A stretch of 63,996 nucleotides of DNA, the filler included, from Octopus bimaculoides (taxonomy: Eukaryota): assembly GCF_001194135.2 (NCBI RefSeq). It is 7 parts of 6 records of this genome, joined end to end, with 100 filler letters (N's around TTAATTAATTAA, not from the genome) between each part and the next. Parts side by side here need not be neighbours in the genome. Positions count along the whole stretch, not along the records: positions 55,735 to 61,456 come from NC_068983.1; positions 61,557 to 63,996 come from NC_068999.1; 5 more parts are not named here. One strand, written 5' to 3'. The stretch's first letter is position 1; the number at the start of each line of letters is the position of its first letter. The notes under the pieces were generated by a model that searched no databases, was not told the DNA's origin, and was given only the letters and a program-made list of their open reading frames with translations. This document shows, one piece after another, positions 61,227 to 63,996 of the stretch. Position numbers and translations under genes: made by a program.

Positions 61227-61456
61227 GAACGAACCAAAAATTATCGCCCCATAACCTGCTTAACAACAATGTATAAGACGCTAACATCTGTCCTAACCGA
61301 GTACACCTATAGTTTTTTAATAGAAAGTAGCATATTCCCTAATGAGCAAAAGGGATGTAAACGTGGATCTTATGGTTGTAAAGATCAGCTACTCATCAAT
61401 AAGATGATCTTAGAAGATTGTCACAAGCGACACAAAAACTTGTCAATAGCCTGGAT
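61227..61456 (+). mobile_element. R4/Dong-type LINE reverse transcriptase fragment following a (TAA)n tract
   Basis: RTKNYRPITCLTTMYKTLTSVL...EQKGCKRGSYGCKDQLLINKMILEDC...NLSIAW (early RT subdomains); cut off by the spacer. Confidence 0.8.
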
Positions 61457-61556
61457 NNNNNNNNNNNNNNNNNNNNNNNNNNNNNNNNNNNNNNNNNNNN
61501 TTAATTAATTAANNNNNNNNNNNNNNNNNNNNNNNNNNNNNNNNNNNNNNNNNNNN
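61457..61556. other. Synthetic assembly spacer 44N-TTAATTAATTAA-44N
   Basis: Exactly 100 bp. Confidence 0.95.
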
Positions 61557-61850
61557 GTCATACTCGCTACATTAAACGTGTTAGCATCTATTTTACAAAT
61601 AATATATAAACATTTTCACCGAATTACAAATTACAAATAATAAAAAAAAAACCTCGCTTGTTTACTTTGGCAGTGCTTGAAGGAATTACGCTGTTCTACT
61701 TTTAAACTCCAAGACATTCTTTTCTTTTCGTTTTTATGTTGATTCGAGTGTTTGTTATATATCTTACTTCTTTTCTGGTTTTTATTTTTATATCGGATTA
61801 TAAAATTGTAACGCTCCAAAGATATTTGTACTTAAAAAAATCTACTCGTC

Positions 61851-61885
<35 letters not shown>

Positions 61886-62221
61886 GATACATAGTTACAT
61901 ATATGCATAGACACACACTTATCTGTACGTATGTGTGTATGTGTATATGTATACATTTATATCATATATTGATGTATGTGTATAAATGTGTGTGTGGTGT
62001 GCTTGTGTGTCCGTGTGTGTGAGATAATATAGCTTTTTAAAATTATTTGAATTCTTCCGAGAAAATAGAGGAATGGCTTCTATCAGACGAACAAAGATCC
62101 ATCATTGGTATTCAGTCAGATAAGAGCGGAGGCGAATTTACTTGTTGATCGTTACAGAAATGTTCTTCATAAAATTCTAACACCATATATGTTTCTTATC
62201 ATTTACCATTTCCTGGAACAA

Positions 62222-62613
62222 GTTTCAATCAGTAGACTGCAGCCATGCTGGGGTAACGCCTTGAAGAATTTTTAGTCGAATGAATCGATCCCAGTCGAAT
62301 AAGCCTGGTATTTAATCTGTCGCTGCCCTTGTGCCGAAGCGCTAAGTTACGGCACCGTAAACATACCAACAATCGGTTGTCAAGCGGTAGTGGGAGACAA
62401 ATACAGACAAACACACACACATATAAATAAATATATATAAACGAAATTGCAAAGATAATCTGGAACTCGACTGAAGAAAGAAAATTTCGAATGACCCGTC
62501 CGTGATTTCTCTTGTCCCCTTTTTTTGTATCATCTGTCTGATTGTTTTGTTGTCCCTTTTCGTATCATCCAGCTGTCTGGATCTTTTGCGTTCTTGTCCC
62601 ATTTTTTGTATTC

Positions 62614-62652
<39 letters not shown>

Positions 62653-62766
62653 GCAAGCTTCTTTCAGTTTCCGTTTACTAAATCCACTCACAAGGCTTTG
62701 GTCCGCTCGATGCTATATTCGAAGACACTTGCGCAAGGTTCCATGCAGTGGGACTGAACACAGAAC
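62222..62766 (-). mobile_element. Family C SINE with about 190 bp of extra sequence at the microsatellite position
   Basis: Tail 62222-62420, unrelated insert about 62440-62615, (TA)n, head-side sequence 62650-62766 running into an N gap. Confidence 0.7.
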
Positions 62767-63773
62767 NNNNNNNNNNNNNNNNNNNNNNNNNNNNNNNNNN
62801 NNNNNNNNNNNNNNNNNNNNNNNNNNNNNNNNNNNNNNNNNNNNNNNNNNNNNNNNNNNNNNNNNNNNNNNNNNNNNNNNNNNNNNNNNNNNNNNNNNNN
62901 NNNNNNNNNNNNNNNNNNNNNNNNNNNNNNNNNNNNNNNNNNNNNNNNNNNNNNNNNNNNNNNNNNNNNNNNNNNNNNNNNNNNNNNNNNNNNNNNNNNN
63001 NNNNNNNNNNNNNNNNNNNNNNNNNNNNNNNNNNNNNNNNNNNNNNNNNNNNNNNNNNNNNNNNNNNNNNNNNNNNNNNNNNNNNNNNNNNNNNNNNNNN
63101 NNNNNNNNNNNNNNNNNNNNNNNNNNNNNNNNNNNNNNNNNNNNNNNNNNNNNNNNNNNNNNNNNNNNNNNNNNNNNNNNNNNNNNNNNNNNNNNNNNNN
63201 NNNNNNNNNNNNNNNNNNNNNNNNNNNNNNNNNNNNNNNATATATATATATATACTTTTTAGTTCCACTTAAAAAGCTGAAGCCGGTCGCTAAGAAAGCA
63301 ATAAAACGTTGTTGTTTTTTTTATTTTGGATTTAAGAGATTTCCCGGTATTTGTTAATAAGTGGTTGTGTTGGTGTGTTGGTGTGTTGGTGTGTTGGTGT
63401 GTTGGTGTGTTGGTGTGTTGGTTGAGCTGTCGATGCACACAGCCAAGTGTGTGCCTCTGTTCAGCTAAAGAATCTCAGATGAGGAATCTTTTGAGTGTCT
63501 CACAAAACTTCATTGTGCCGCAAATAGATTGGATTTTGGAGAATGCGCGTCAGTTACTTTTGCACTTTCTTCAAAAACCCTGGCATTTCTATGATATTAT
63601 GTACGTTTGTAGGTCGTAGCCTAATACACCTATGATGATAAATACAAATGAGAATTTATAGTCAGAATAACGAGTGCTGTAATTTCCGTATTAATTCACT
63701 ATAAATGTTCCCTTTTTCCTGAACTTTTGATGGTACATTCACATTTGCTAGGCAGCTGCTTAGCTTCCCAGCG

Positions 63774-63996
63774 GATGTATGTATGTATGTATGTATGTAT
63801 GTATGTATGTATGTATGTATGTATGTATGTATGTATGTGCGTACGTATGAATGTATGTATGTATGTATGTATGTATGTATGTATGTATGTGCGTACGTAT
63901 GAATGTATGTATGTATGTATGTATGTATGTATGTATGTATGTATGTATGTATGTATGTATGTGCGTACGTATGAATGTATGTATGTATGTATGTAT
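63774..63996. repeat. (TATG)n microsatellite with a recurring GTGCGTACGTATGAAT interruption (higher-order unit)
   Basis: Interruption at about 63837, 63887 and 63960. Confidence 0.95.

Noticed and set aside
62468-62500. CTGAAGA...GAA hammerhead-like text in the insert of a family C SINE
   Set aside because: No GAAA core in the correct place and no convincing stems.
63420-63630. Possible minus-strand terminal exon (CIRLRPTNVHNIIEMPGFLKKVQK*)
   Set aside because: Short, not recognised and with no partner exon.

Overview
AT-rich, microsatellite- and SINE-dense eukaryotic draft-assembly sequence. The repeat families look like coleoid cephalopod (Octopus-type) DNA; this is inferred and was not searched. 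Six identical synthetic spacers (44 N + TTAATTAATTAA + 44 N) cut the window into seven blocks whose true adjacency is unproven. Coding content: (1) the 3' exon of a TMEM26-like gene (+, 9002-10342) with a long S/K/N-rich tail; (2) five in-frame exons of an axonemal dynein heavy chain, DNAH6-like (-, 23504-42472; end of AAA2 to AAA3), all inside one block and mostly missed by the ORF track; (3) a 36-nt exon and a 114-nt exon of an unidentified gene (-, 54664-54699 and 52681-52794). The rest is transposon-derived: several tRNA-headed SINE families, R4/Dong-type LINE fragments in (TAA)n tracts, RTE LINE ends, and hAT, mariner, Tc1/pogo, piggyBac and foldback MITEs, several nested with intact TSDs. 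The most unusual object is a 291-bp tRNA-headed SINE (19498-19788, -) with a 13-bp TSD whose 3' half holds a complete Penelope-type minimal hammerhead ribozyme motif. Nearly all other ORF-track entries are microsatellite, SINE or N-gap artefacts.
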